49,427 nt of DNA. Source: an uncultured Acidimicrobiaceae bacterium. GTDB lineage: Bacteria > Actinomycetota > Acidimicrobiia > Spongiisociales > ZC4RG35. The position numbers and the translations under genes are program-made. The stretch covers positions 1-49,427 of the forward strand of contig CAZSMJ010000001.1 of NCBI GenBank assembly GCA_964608055.1, written 5' to 3'. Positions within the stretch are counted from its first letter, which is position 1, and each line of letters begins with the position of its first letter. This document shows positions 1-9,700 of the stretch, piece after piece. The notes under the pieces were generated by a model. That model searched no databases. It was given only the letters and a program-made list of their open reading frames with translations, and was not told where the DNA came from.

Positions 1-226
1 CCTCCCGCGCCTGGCGAGAGAGGCCGCGCCCGTGAGAACCGGCGCCGAAGCGGCTAGTGCTCTGGCCACTGACGTTGGTGATGTTCAGGGCGAGCCAGGG
101 GCGTCGCTGGCAAGGACGCAGGACGAAGGCGCACTGGCCCGTTCGTCGAGGACGAGGACGCAGCCAGCGGTGCCATCTGGCCGTCCTGAGCGCGGCAAAC
201 GTTAGTGGTCGGGGCACTAGGTCGCC

Positions 227-2179
227 GTGACGAGGCAAGTGATCTTCACCCCCTCGGGGCGGAGAGGATCGTTTCCGGACGGCACCACGGTCCTCGACGC
301 CGCCCGCAGCCTGGGAGTCGACCTCGACTCGGTCTGTGGGGGCCGGGGTATCTGCGGTCGGTGCCAGGTGGTCATCGGGAGCAGGCCAGGGGTAGAAGCC
401 CGATCCGACCGCCTCTCCGATCCGGGCCCTACCGAGATCGACTACCAGGGAAAGCGACCGCTGGGTGAGGGTCACCGGCTGGGTTGCGCCGCCCAAATCC
501 TCGATGACGTCGTCATCGATGTGCCACCCGACAGCCAGGTCCATCGCCAGGTGGTGCGGAAGCGTGCCGGGGTGTCTGCCCTCCCCGTTGACCCGATCGT
601 TCGCCTCCATTACGTGGTGGTTCCCGAGCCCGACCTGGCCAGCCCCACCGGTGATCTCGAACGGCTGCTCGGGGCTCTCGACGAGCAATGGGAGCTCACC
701 GGGCTGACGGTCGATCATGCCGTTCTACCCGGGTTGCAGACGGCTCTACGCGGGGGTGATTGGACGGTGACCGTGGCGGTCCGGGACGGGAGAGACGTGA
801 TCGCCATCTGGCCAGGTTTTCGCGACCTGGCACTGGGTGTGGCGTTCGACGTCGGCTCCACGACCATCGCCGGGCATCTGTGCGATCTCGCCACGGGATC
901 GGTCCTCGCCTCGGCGGGCCGCATGAATCCCCAGATCGGTTTCGGCGAGGACCTCATGAGCCGGGTCTCCTATGTGATGATGAATGAGGACGGCGCATCG
1001 CGCCTCACCGCCGTCGTGCGTCAAGCACTCGACGAGTTGATCGGCGAGCTGGTGGCAGAAGCCGGAGTGGAGCGGAGCGACGTTCTCGAGCTCACCCTGG
1101 TGGGCAACCCGATCATGCACCACCTGGCCCTGGGTCTCGACCCTCGGGAGTTGGGCACCGCCCCCTTTGCCTTGGTCACGACCTCGGCGCTCCACACCCC
1201 GGCCGGCGAGCTCGGCCTCGACGTGCATCCCGGCGCCCGGGTCTACACCCTCCCGTGCATCGCGGGGCATGTCGGAGCGGATGCCGCCGGTGCCGTGCTT
1301 TCAGAAGGCCCGCATCGTGGGGACAGCCTGCAGTTGCTGGTGGACGTCGGCACCAACGCCGAGCTGGTGCTCGGAAACAAGAAGCGGCTCCTGGCGGCAT
1401 CGAGCCCGACCGGGCCCGCTTTCGAGGGAGCCCAGATTTCGTCGGGGCAACGGGCGGCACCAGGAGCCATCGAGCGAGTCCGCATCGACCGGTCGTCACT
1501 GGAGCCCCGGTTTTCGGTGATCGGCCAGGAGATGTGGTCCGACGAGCCCGGATTCGACCCCGACTCCGTCACCGGGATCTGTGGGTCAGGGATCATCGAG
1601 GCCATCGCTGAGTTGTTCCTGGCCGGGGTCATCGGTAGCGATGGTGTCGTTCGTGCGCCATCCAACCCGTCGTCACGGGTGGTGGCTTCGGATCGGACCT
1701 TCTCCTACGTGCTCTGCTTCGAACCGCGCATAGAGGTGACTCAGAACGATGTGCGCGCGGTCCAACTCGCCAAGGCGGCGCTCAATGCCGGGGCCCGGCT
1801 GCTGATGGACCACTATGGCGTCGATCGAGTCGACGAGATCAGACTGGCCGGGGCGTTCGGGAGCCACATCGACCCGATGCACGCCATGGTCTTGGGCTTG
1901 ATCCCCGACTGTGATCTGGAAAAGGTCTCGGCAGCGGGGAACGCCGCTGGAGTGGGGGCGATGATGGCGTTGCTCTCGGGGGTGGCGCGGACCGAGATCG
2001 AAGAAGTGGCGGCGGGGATCGAGAAGGTGGAGACCGCGGTGGAGCCCCGATTCCAGGAGCATTTCGTCGCCGCTCTCGCCATCCCCCATAACACCGACCC
2101 CTATCCACTGCTGTCCAAGGTGGTCGAGATGCCGCCGGCGTCTGGACCCAGAGGGCGTCGCGGACGGCGATCTCAATAG
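227..2179 (+). CDS. 2Fe-2S ferredoxin / ASKHA (DUF4445) fusion protein, RACo/RamA-like reductive activator of corrinoid proteins
   Basis: GTG start. The N-terminus has a plant-type ferredoxin cysteine cluster (SVCGGRGICGRCQV). A long ASKHA/acetate-kinase-like body follows (DVGSTTIAGHL, VDVGTNAELV, GICGSG). Sits next to an MttB homologue. Confidence 0.8.
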   Translation: MTRQVIFTPSGRRGSFPDGTTVLDAARSLGVDLDSVCGGRGICGRCQVVIGSRPGVEARSDRLSDPGPTEIDYQGKRPLGEGHRLGCAAQILDDVVIDVPPDSQVHRQVVRKRAGVSALPVDPIVRLHYVVVPEPDLASPTGDLERLLGALDEQWELTGLTVDHAVLPGLQTALRGGDWTVTVAVRDGRDVIAIWPGFRDLALGVAFDVGSTTIAGHLCDLATGSVLASAGRMNPQIGFGEDLMSRVSYVMMNEDGASRLTAVVRQALDELIGELVAEAGVERSDVLELTLVGNPIMHHLALGLDPRELGTAPFALVTTSALHTPAGELGLDVHPGARVYTLPCIAGHVGADAAGAVLSEGPHRGDSLQLLVDVGTNAELVLGNKKRLLAASSPTGPAFEGAQISSGQRAAPGAIERVRIDRSSLEPRFSVIGQEMWSDEPGFDPDSVTGICGSGIIEAIAELFLAGVIGSDGVVRAPSNPSSRVVASDRTFSYVLCFEPRIEVTQNDVRAVQLAKAALNAGARLLMDHYGVDRVDEIRLAGAFGSHIDPMHAMVLGLIPDCDLEKVSAAGNAAGVGAMMALLSGVARTEIEEVAAGIEKVETAVEPRFQEHFVAALAIPHNTDPYPLLSKVVEMPPASGPRGRRGRRSQ

Positions 2180-2212
2180 CTCCAGAGGGTCCTCACCCCT
2201 TCACGCTCTGCG

Positions 2213-2245
2213 TTCCATGATGTAGTCTGGTACCGCATCATGGAA
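2213..2245 (+). promoter_or_regulatory. Perfect 10-bp inverted repeat (TTCCATGATG / CATCATGGAA, 13-nt spacer) covering the mttB-like start codon
   Basis: Left arm 2213-2222, right arm 2236-2245. The ATG at 2240-2242 lies inside the right arm. Could be an RNA hairpin or a palindromic operator. Confidence 0.5.
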
Positions 2246-3775
2246 CAGACCACGGGACGTCGAAGCGGTGGCCGCGCCGCCCGACAAGCGGCACGCACCG
2301 CCCGGGCTATCGACTCGGTGCCTTTCCTGACCCGGAAGCTGGCGCCAGTTGAGGTGCTCGGCGAAGAAGGACTGGCGCTAATCGAGTCCAATGCCGAGTT
2401 GCTGCTCGAACGAGTCGGTGTGGAGGTAGTGAACTTCCCCGAAGCGCTCGGGATCTTCCGCGACGCCGGCTGCGAGGTGAGCGAGAGCCGGGTCCGATTC
2501 CCGGCCGGGCTCGCCAGGAGTCTGCTGGCCACTGCTCCCTCCAAATTCACTCAGCACGCCCGCAATCCGGAGCACGACGTGGTCATCGGTGACCCCCATC
2601 TCGTGTTCGCCCCCGCCTATGGCTCACCCTTCGTGCGTGACTTCGAAGACGGCCGTCGCTACGCGACGATCGGCGATTTCGAGAACTTCGCACGGCTCAC
2701 ACACATGACCCAGTCGCTTCACCACGGTGGCGGGACGCTTTGCGAACCGGTCGATCTGCCCGTCAACAAGCGCCACTTCGACATGGTGCGCGCCCACATC
2801 AAAAATCACGACAAGGCGTTCATGGGCTCGGTGACGGCTCCGGAGCGGGCTCAGGACACTGTCGAGATGGCCAACATCGCTTTCGGTGGGGAAGTCGCAG
2901 CAGGCAAGACGGTGCTGCTCTCTCTCTGCAACGCCAACAGTCCGATGAGCTGGGATTACAACATGCTCGGGTCGGCCAAGGTCTACGCCGAGAACAATCA
3001 GGCCTGTCTCATCACCCCTTTCATCCTGGCGGGGGCGATGGCCCCGGTGACCGTGGCCGGGACCGCGACCCAAACCCTTGCCGAGGCGATGGCAGGGATG
3101 GCGTTCTGCCAGATGGTGCGACCGGGCGCCCCGGTCGTGTTCGGGTCGTTCGCATCGTCGATCTCGATGCAGTCCGGCGCTCCCACCTTCGGCACCCCTG
3201 AACCGGCGTTGATGCTGTTCGTGATGGCCGCCCTTGCCCGTCGACTCGAGATCCCCTTCCGGAGCGGGGGCAACCTCACCGCGGCCAAGACCCCCGACTA
3301 CCAGGCGGCGTACGAGTCGGCCGCCACCTTCCTCCCCACCATCCTGGCCGGGGTCAACTTCGTGCTCCACACCGCAGGCTGGCTCGAAGGGGGCCTGACC
3401 ATGGGTTATGAAAAGTTCATCCTCGACTCCGACCAGGCATCCATGGCCGAGTCGATGCTGGGCGGTATCGACCTTTCCGACAACGGTCAGGCAATCGAGG
3501 CGCTCCTCGGCAACACCCCAGGTCAGCACTTCCTCGGCAATGCCCACACCCTGGCCAACTTCGAGAACGCGTTCTGGCGGAGCGCGACGGCTGACAACAA
3601 CAGCTTCGAGCAATGGCAGGAAGCAGGCTCCCAGGAGGCGGCAGCCCGGGCCCACGGAACTTGGCGCCGGATGCTCGACAACTATGAGCCGCCGCCGCTG
3701 GACGAAGCGATCGAGGCCGAGTTGGAGGATTGGATCGCCCAGCGCAAGGCCTCCTTCCCCGACTCCGATGTCTGA
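2240..3775 (+). CDS. Trimethylamine methyltransferase (MttB) superfamily protein, non-pyrrolysine member (quaternary-amine:corrinoid methyltransferase-like)
   Basis: 511-aa uninterrupted ORF with no in-frame TAG. Length and overall sequence character fit the MttB family (e.g. GGGTLCEPVD, SPMSWD, FGTPEPAL). Flanked by a RACo-like gene and metF. Confidence 0.85.
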   Translation: MEQTTGRRSGGRAARQAARTARAIDSVPFLTRKLAPVEVLGEEGLALIESNAELLLERVGVEVVNFPEALGIFRDAGCEVSESRVRFPAGLARSLLATAPSKFTQHARNPEHDVVIGDPHLVFAPAYGSPFVRDFEDGRRYATIGDFENFARLTHMTQSLHHGGGTLCEPVDLPVNKRHFDMVRAHIKNHDKAFMGSVTAPERAQDTVEMANIAFGGEVAAGKTVLLSLCNANSPMSWDYNMLGSAKVYAENNQACLITPFILAGAMAPVTVAGTATQTLAEAMAGMAFCQMVRPGAPVVFGSFASSISMQSGAPTFGTPEPALMLFVMAALARRLEIPFRSGGNLTAAKTPDYQAAYESAATFLPTILAGVNFVLHTAGWLEGGLTMGYEKFILDSDQASMAESMLGGIDLSDNGQAIEALLGNTPGQHFLGNAHTLANFENAFWRSATADNNSFEQWQEAGSQEAAARAHGTWRRMLDNYEPPPLDEAIEAELEDWIAQRKASFPDSDV

Positions 3776-3777
3776 CG

Positions 3778-4599
3778 ATGGGTGACAACCTGGTCAATGG
3801 CCTTCTGGCTCGGGCCGACTTCGAGCTGATCCCGCTGAAAGGGGCGCTGGAGAAGGCTCTGGTCATCCCACCCGGCTCGACCGTCTCGGTAACCGCCTCA
3901 CCATCGAGGGGCATGGGCATCACGGTGGACCTCGCGCTGGAGCTGCAGGCTCGGGGCTATCGGGCGGTGCCGCATCTCTCGGCCCGAATGATCGAGGACC
4001 GCCACGAGTTGGCCTTGATCATCAAGCGTCTCGACGACGGAGGCGTGGCCCGTGCCTTCATCACCGGGGGCGACGGCCAGCCCCACGGCGACTACTTCGA
4101 CGCTCTCACGCTGCTCAGCGACATGGCCGATCTGGGGCATCCCTTCCTGGAAGTGGGGATCACGGGGTATCCCGAAGGTCACCCCGCGATCCCCGCGGAC
4201 CGTCTCCGCCAAGCCATGTTGGACAAGCAAGCGCATGCCACCCACATCGTGACCCAGATGTGTTTCAACCCCACAGCCATAGTCGACTGGATCAGGACAA
4301 CCCGGGCGGATGGCGTGGATCTCCCGGTCAAGGTTGGGGTGCCGGGCGCGATCGACCCCGCCCGACTGCTCACCATCGCCGCCCGCATCGGCGTCGGGGA
4401 CTCCGTGAGTTTCCTGGCCAAGAACCGTCGGGCGGTGATCCGGCTGTTGCGCCCTGGCAGGTATCGCCCGGACAGGCTGGTCAAGCCGCTGAGCCGCGTG
4501 AGTCAAGAGCTCGGCCTGAGCGGGCTCCATTTGTTCACTTTCAACCAGGTGGAACCGACCGTGGCCTGGCTTCGCAAGACAATCGCGAGGAACGCCTGA
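3778..4599 (+). CDS. metF: Methylenetetrahydrofolate reductase
   Basis: ATG at 3778, 2 nt after the upstream stop. MTHFR-like sequence (FELIPLK, ITGGDG, GYPEGHP, VTQMCFN, LHLFTFN). The ORF-track start at 3730 overlaps the upstream gene and is rejected. Confidence 0.8.
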   Translation: MGDNLVNGLLARADFELIPLKGALEKALVIPPGSTVSVTASPSRGMGITVDLALELQARGYRAVPHLSARMIEDRHELALIIKRLDDGGVARAFITGGDGQPHGDYFDALTLLSDMADLGHPFLEVGITGYPEGHPAIPADRLRQAMLDKQAHATHIVTQMCFNPTAIVDWIRTTRADGVDLPVKVGVPGAIDPARLLTIAARIGVGDSVSFLAKNRRAVIRLLRPGRYRPDRLVKPLSRVSQELGLSGLHLFTFNQVEPTVAWLRKTIARNA

Positions 4600-5348
4600 T
4601 GTCGGTTCAGTCGATCGATCGGGCCTTCCAGGTGTTGAAGGCGCTCGCGGTCGAGCCTTCGGGGATCACCGACCTGGCGCAGCGGATCGGTTTGCCGAAA
4701 TCGACCGTCGCCCGATTGCTGTCCAGTCTCGAGGAGCAGGGTGCCGTGAGCCGGGGGCCCGATGGGAACCTATTTTCGATCGGAGTTGGTCTCGTCGAGC
4801 TGGCGGGTGCGATTGATGCCACCGCCGCTCTGGCAACGGCGGTCCGCCCGCACCTCGTCTGGCTGTCGGGTCAACTCGGTGAAGCTGCAGGCTTCAGTGT
4901 TCCCACCGGTTACGCGATCCAGTACATGGTCCAAGTGGAGAGCCCCAATCCGGTGCAGGTCCGCGACTACACCGGCCTCATCGTTCCCATGCACATCGGA
5001 CCTTCTGGCTTGTCGGTGATGGCACAGTGGCCGACAGAGGAAGCCGAACGCTACCTGGGCAGGACCTTGGAGAGGTACACACCGAAGACCGTGGTCGATC
5101 CGTCGCGGATACGCGACCGGCTCGTCGAGGTCAAACGGGCCGGTCATTGCTGGATCTACGAGGAGTTCGCCGAAGGGATCAACTCGGTGGCGGCTCCGGT
5201 GCTAACGGATGGTGACCTGGCGCTCGGCGCGATCCATGTTCACGGCCCGGCATACAGATTTCCGGCCGAAGGGAAAGCTGACTCGATCGCAGCCCTGGTG
5301 ATGGATGCTGCCGCCCGCTTCTCGAGCCGACCCGAAGCCGGGTCATAG
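4599..5348 (+). CDS. IclR family transcriptional regulator
   Basis: ATG at 4599 overlaps the metF TGA (TGATG). N-terminal wHTH (SIDRAFQVLKALA...ITDLAQRIGLPKSTVARLLSSLE) plus an IclR effector domain. The 4260 start in the track is an out-of-gene extension. Confidence 0.85.
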   Translation: MSVQSIDRAFQVLKALAVEPSGITDLAQRIGLPKSTVARLLSSLEEQGAVSRGPDGNLFSIGVGLVELAGAIDATAALATAVRPHLVWLSGQLGEAAGFSVPTGYAIQYMVQVESPNPVQVRDYTGLIVPMHIGPSGLSVMAQWPTEEAERYLGRTLERYTPKTVVDPSRIRDRLVEVKRAGHCWIYEEFAEGINSVAAPVLTDGDLALGAIHVHGPAYRFPAEGKADSIAALVMDAAARFSSRPEAGS

Positions 5349-5386
5349 GTGGATCCGGTTACGGCGCTGAGACAGCCGCTGGCAAG

Positions 5387-5674
5387 GTGCCGTTCTTGGA
5401 GGCCTTAACGTCGGGCAACACCACGAAAGGAAATACCACGGCAAATCAGTTCCACACCGAGGCGGTGTTCCTCGAGGAGAAGCTCCTTGGCCGCACCGGT
5501 GCACACAGTACAGAAGCAATCACCAGTCTCTCGGCACGGTTCAATCAACTCTCGGCTGAAGGGTGGGACCTATTCCATATCGCCGAGGTGAATGTTGTGG
5601 GAAAGATCTTCAAGGCGGACGACCGCCGAGGAGTGACGGTGGCGTTCTTCCGTCGGGAGATCCCAGCATCCTGA
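5387..5674 (+). CDS. Small DUF4177-like protein
   Basis: The C-terminal half (LSARFNQLSAEGWDLFHIAE...VTVAFFRRE) resembles DUF4177. Local GC is lower than the surroundings. Start uncertain (GTG at 5387). Confidence 0.45.
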   Translation: MPFLEALTSGNTTKGNTTANQFHTEAVFLEEKLLGRTGAHSTEAITSLSARFNQLSAEGWDLFHIAEVNVVGKIFKADDRRGVTVAFFRREIPAS

Positions 5675-5691
5675 CCAGAAGACTGGCGGCG

Positions 5692-6771
5692 TCACATCCG
5701 TGAAAGTCGGGCCGAATCTGTGACGAGTGAGAACAGCGACTTGATGGGGGTCTTCTCGCCGTCGGCCATCGAGCGGAGAACCCTCTCGACGTCGTCGAGG
5801 GGGAGCACCTTGGGGGCAACGTCACTCCATGGATCGTTGCGGGCGGCGAGGAGGCGGATCGCCTCGGGGAGATCGATCGTCGAGTCGATCCGGTTGGTCC
5901 CGATCCATTCCTGTTCCGAGGCGGTCAGCTCTGCGAGGCTCACTTCGAGTGGATGCTTTTGGAATCCGACAGCGATCAGGCGGCTTCCTGGACCCAGGCC
6001 GCCAATTGCTGACCGCATTCCGGGCTTAGAACCTGTGATCTCGAATACGACATCGGCGCCCAACCCATCGGTGAAGGATCCGGTCAGAACTGCTTGTCTG
6101 GCGCCCAGGGCGATAGCGATGTCGAGGCGGTCCTGGTCCAGGTCGACAGACGTGACGTTGCAGCCCGAGGCCGCCGCGGCATAGGTGACAAAGGCGCCGA
6201 TTCCCCCGGCACCGATCACCAACACATCCTCGCCGGCCTCGACCCGTCCTCTGCGCAGCGCATGCACCGCGATCGACATTGGCTGGGCAAGCGCGGCCAC
6301 ATCCGCCGTCAGCTGCTCGCTTACGGTCTGGCAGGCGAATGCCGGGACAGTGCAGAACTCGGCGAGTGCGCCATCTCGGTGCAGACCTACCGCCCAATAT
6401 TGGGCACAACGGCTGGTCCTCCCCGATCGACAGAAGACGCATTTGCCACATCCAGTTGATCCCGCACTGGCCACCATGTCACCCACCGAAAACCCATCCA
6501 CATCCGGTCCCAGACCCGCGATTCGGCCGCTGAACTCATGACCGAGGGTCAGTGGGCCCAGATGTCCGGTGACCGGATGGCGCTGGTCGAGAGGGAACAG
6601 CTTCGGCCCTGAGCTGTACTCGGAGGCGTCGGTACCACAAATCCCGACCGTCTCCACCGCCAGCAGCAGCTCACCGGGACCCGGATCGGGGATGGCCACG
6701 TCCTCGATTCTCAGATCGCCTGCACTGTGGAGGACAGCCGCTCGCATCGTCGGCTGCTCGGTTGTGACCAC
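5692..6771 (-). CDS. Zinc-dependent alcohol/polyol dehydrogenase (MDR family)
   Basis: GHEFSG catalytic-zinc motif, structural-zinc cluster CGKCVFCRSGRTSRC, and GAGGIG Rossmann motif. GTG at 6771 abuts the upstream stop. An alternative ATG at 6747 gives the typical MRAAVL N-terminus. Confidence 0.85.
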   Translation of the reverse strand: MVTTEQPTMRAAVLHSAGDLRIEDVAIPDPGPGELLLAVETVGICGTDASEYSSGPKLFPLDQRHPVTGHLGPLTLGHEFSGRIAGLGPDVDGFSVGDMVASAGSTGCGKCVFCRSGRTSRCAQYWAVGLHRDGALAEFCTVPAFACQTVSEQLTADVAALAQPMSIAVHALRRGRVEAGEDVLVIGAGGIGAFVTYAAAASGCNVTSVDLDQDRLDIAIALGARQAVLTGSFTDGLGADVVFEITGSKPGMRSAIGGLGPGSRLIAVGFQKHPLEVSLAELTASEQEWIGTNRIDSTIDLPEAIRLLAARNDPWSDVAPKVLPLDDVERVLRSMADGEKTPIKSLFSLVTDSARLSRM

Positions 6772-9700
6772 CTACCCCAACACCTGCCTTGCCATGACCA
6801 GATCGTGCTCGTCGAAGCCCTCGGTGAAGGTGGCGTAGAGGGCTGCCAACTCCTCCGCCCCATCGGGGGATTGGCCCACCTCGCGGCGAAGCCCGACCAG
6901 TCTGGTCAACGCTTGGAGCTCGATCAGCCGAAGCCCACCTGCATTCGCCCCCTGGATCGCAGCCAAATAGGCCTTCTCGGCCCCGGAGCGGTCGGGCTCG
7001 CTGAGCATTCTGAGGAAGTCGCCTCTGAACACCCGGAATTCGGGTGCGTCGTTGTCTTCGGGGCCACCGATCTCGATCGCCTCATCGATCAAGACCAGGG
7101 CTCGCTCGGGATGGCCGGCCAAGGCGTAGACCAGACCGCGGAAACTGAGGATCTGCGGCCAGAAAACCGGCGGCGTGGTCAAACCTTGGTAGAGATCGAT
7201 CGCAGTTTCGGTCATCGCCAGCCCTTCCTCGGTCTGGCCCAGGGCCGTGGTTGACACTCCTTCGAGAAAAGTGCTCAGGGTCCTCCACACCACGTAGTCA
7301 TTCTCCTCGGCCACCTCGGCCAGCTGTTTGGCTCGTTGCACACATTCCTCGAACCGACTTCTGATCAGGGCGAGATATCCATTGTGATAGAGGGCATAGG
7401 CGATGCTGTACGGGTGGTCGATCTCCTCGGCTAGATCCAGAGCCTCCCTGAGCCGTGCGATCGATCTGTCCAGAGCACCGCACTGCCATAGGATCAGACC
7501 CGAGGCCACCCGAGCAACGACCCCGGTGTTGGGACCGAGACGGAAACGAGCCGAACCATGGACCCGGGGATCGTGGAGCTCGATGGCACGGTCGAGGTGG
7601 GGAAGACCGGTGTCTAGATCGCCGAGGAAGGCGGTAGCTACCCCGAAAACGTAATGGCCTTCGATCAGGATCGTCTCGTCTCCCTCTCTTTCGCCCAGCT
7701 CCAGAAGCTGTCGCCCGTACTCGGCGCCCTGCGCGAACTCGGCGGTGCCCATGTAGTAGGTGGCGAGGGCGCGGAGCACCGGGAAGCGTTGCGCTGCGGT
7801 TCCCGCGGTCTGCGCGATCGCCAGGGCACGCTTGAACTCATTTTCCACCTCGACGCCATAGCCACGAACCGCCATCAAGGCCCGGGCAAGGCTGGTGCGG
7901 AGGGTCAACTCCTCGGCGGCGAGCTCCGGTGTGCGCTCGGCCTTTTCGAGCAGGCCGAGGGTGTCGGAGGCGAGCTCGATGGCGGTGTGGTACCAGCCCT
8001 TGGCTTCGTGAAGGGCCCAGAGTCCGTCGATCAGGCTGAGGAGCTGATCCAAGTTGCCACGATCGACCCAGAAACGCCACGCCGTCCTCAGGTTGCCAAT
8101 CTCCCAGGTGAGGTCGATTAAGGCCGATTCTCGCTCCGCTCCCTGCAATCGGTTCGCAAGCTGTTTGGCAAAGTCGGAGAAATAGAGGGCGTGGGCAAGG
8201 CGAACCGCCTCATTCCGTTGATCGGAGTCGGCGAGCCTCTCCTCGCCAAACTCCTTGATCATCAGCAGCATCGAGAATCGTTGGGAGCCGGCGCCGTCGT
8301 CTCCGCGAATCAGGCTCTTGTCGACCAGAGAGGCCAGAGAGTCGAGCACGAAGCCGGCATCGAAAGCCGAGGCCGCCACCGACTCGAGGGCCGAGAAGTC
8401 GGCGGTCGAGAAAACCGACATCAGCTCGAAGAGGTCACGCTCCGCCTCATCGAGCAGCTCGTAGCTCCAGCCGATCGCCCCCCAAAGGGTGCGTTGACGA
8501 TCGGGGAGATCACGGCCCCCAGCTCCAAGAATGTCGAGTCGTTCCCGGAGCCGAGTGAGGAGGTCGGAGGGGGTGAACACGTTGAGACGCGCCGCCGCCA
8601 GTTCGATGGCCAAGGGGAGGCCATCGAGACGGAGACAGATCTCGGCGACGACCGCTGCGTTCTCGTCGGTTAGAGCGAACTCGGGTCGCACCGCTCTTGC
8701 CCGCTCGGTGAACAGTTGTACCGCTTCCGACTCCGCGATGGAGGGAGTGGGGTCCTTGGGATGGGGGAGCGAGAGCGGGGGAATCGGGAAGACATGCTCG
8801 GCACGGACCCGGAGTGTCTCCCGGCTGGTGACCACGATCTTGAGCTCTGGGGCGTGCTGGAGGAGCTCGGAGAGGCCCACCGCCGCCGCAGTCACTTGCT
8901 CGAAGTTGTCGAGCACCAACAGCATCTGGCGATCTCGAAGCCGCGACTTGAGGATCTGAAGTGCCTCGCCACCCCCCGACACCGGGAGAGCGAGAGCGCG
9001 CACGATGGTTTCGAAAACGGCAGCCGGGTCCCTGTCGGCGGAGAGATCGACGAAGAAAACGCCGTCACGAAAGCGATCCAGTTGCTCAGCCGCCACTTGG
9101 AGACCAAGACGGGTCTTGCCGGCCCCACCAGGGCCGGCGATGGTCAACAACCTGGTGTTGGGGGACTCCAGCATGACCTGAATGGCCGCCAGCTCGTTGG
9201 CCCGCCCCAGGAACTCGGTGTTCTGAAGGGGGAGGTTGTGTGGTCTGGCATCGAGAGTGATCGGAGGCGGGAACTCGGATTCGAGGTCATCGAGAACCAA
9301 CTGATAGAGATGCTCGGGCAGAGTCAGGTCCTTGAGCCGATGAGTGCCCAGGTCCCGTAGCACTGCGCCCGGGGGGAGCCGGCCGCCGGCGAGTCCCGCA
9401 GCTACTCCCGAGAGCAGCACTTGGCCGCCGTGGCCGGCGGCCATGATCCGGGCGGTCCGGTTCATCGCCGGCCCGAAATAGTCGCCGTCACGGTTCTCGG
9501 TGTCCCCGGAGTGGACCCCCATCCGTACTCGCAGCGGTCCGGTCGGTCCCCACTTTTCGGCGGACAACGTTTCCTGGGCCTGGATGCCGGCGGTGATGGC
9601 TTCGTCGACGGAGTCGAACACGGCGATCATGCCGTCACCTGTGGTCTTCAGGACCTTGCCCTTGGCCTGGTCGACCGCCTCGATGAGGATCGCATCATGA

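Noticed and set aside
2-204. Open frame running off the left edge (…LPRLAREAAPVRTGAEAAS…GRPERGKR).
   Set aside because: It has Ala/Arg-rich low-complexity composition and no recognisable C-terminal domain. The region is better explained as a structured leader. It remains possible that a gene ends near position 57 or 204.
2240-3775. Possibility of a pyrrolysine (in-frame TAG) MttB.
   Set aside because: The ORF is continuous over 511 codons with no internal TAG, and no pyl genes are in the window.
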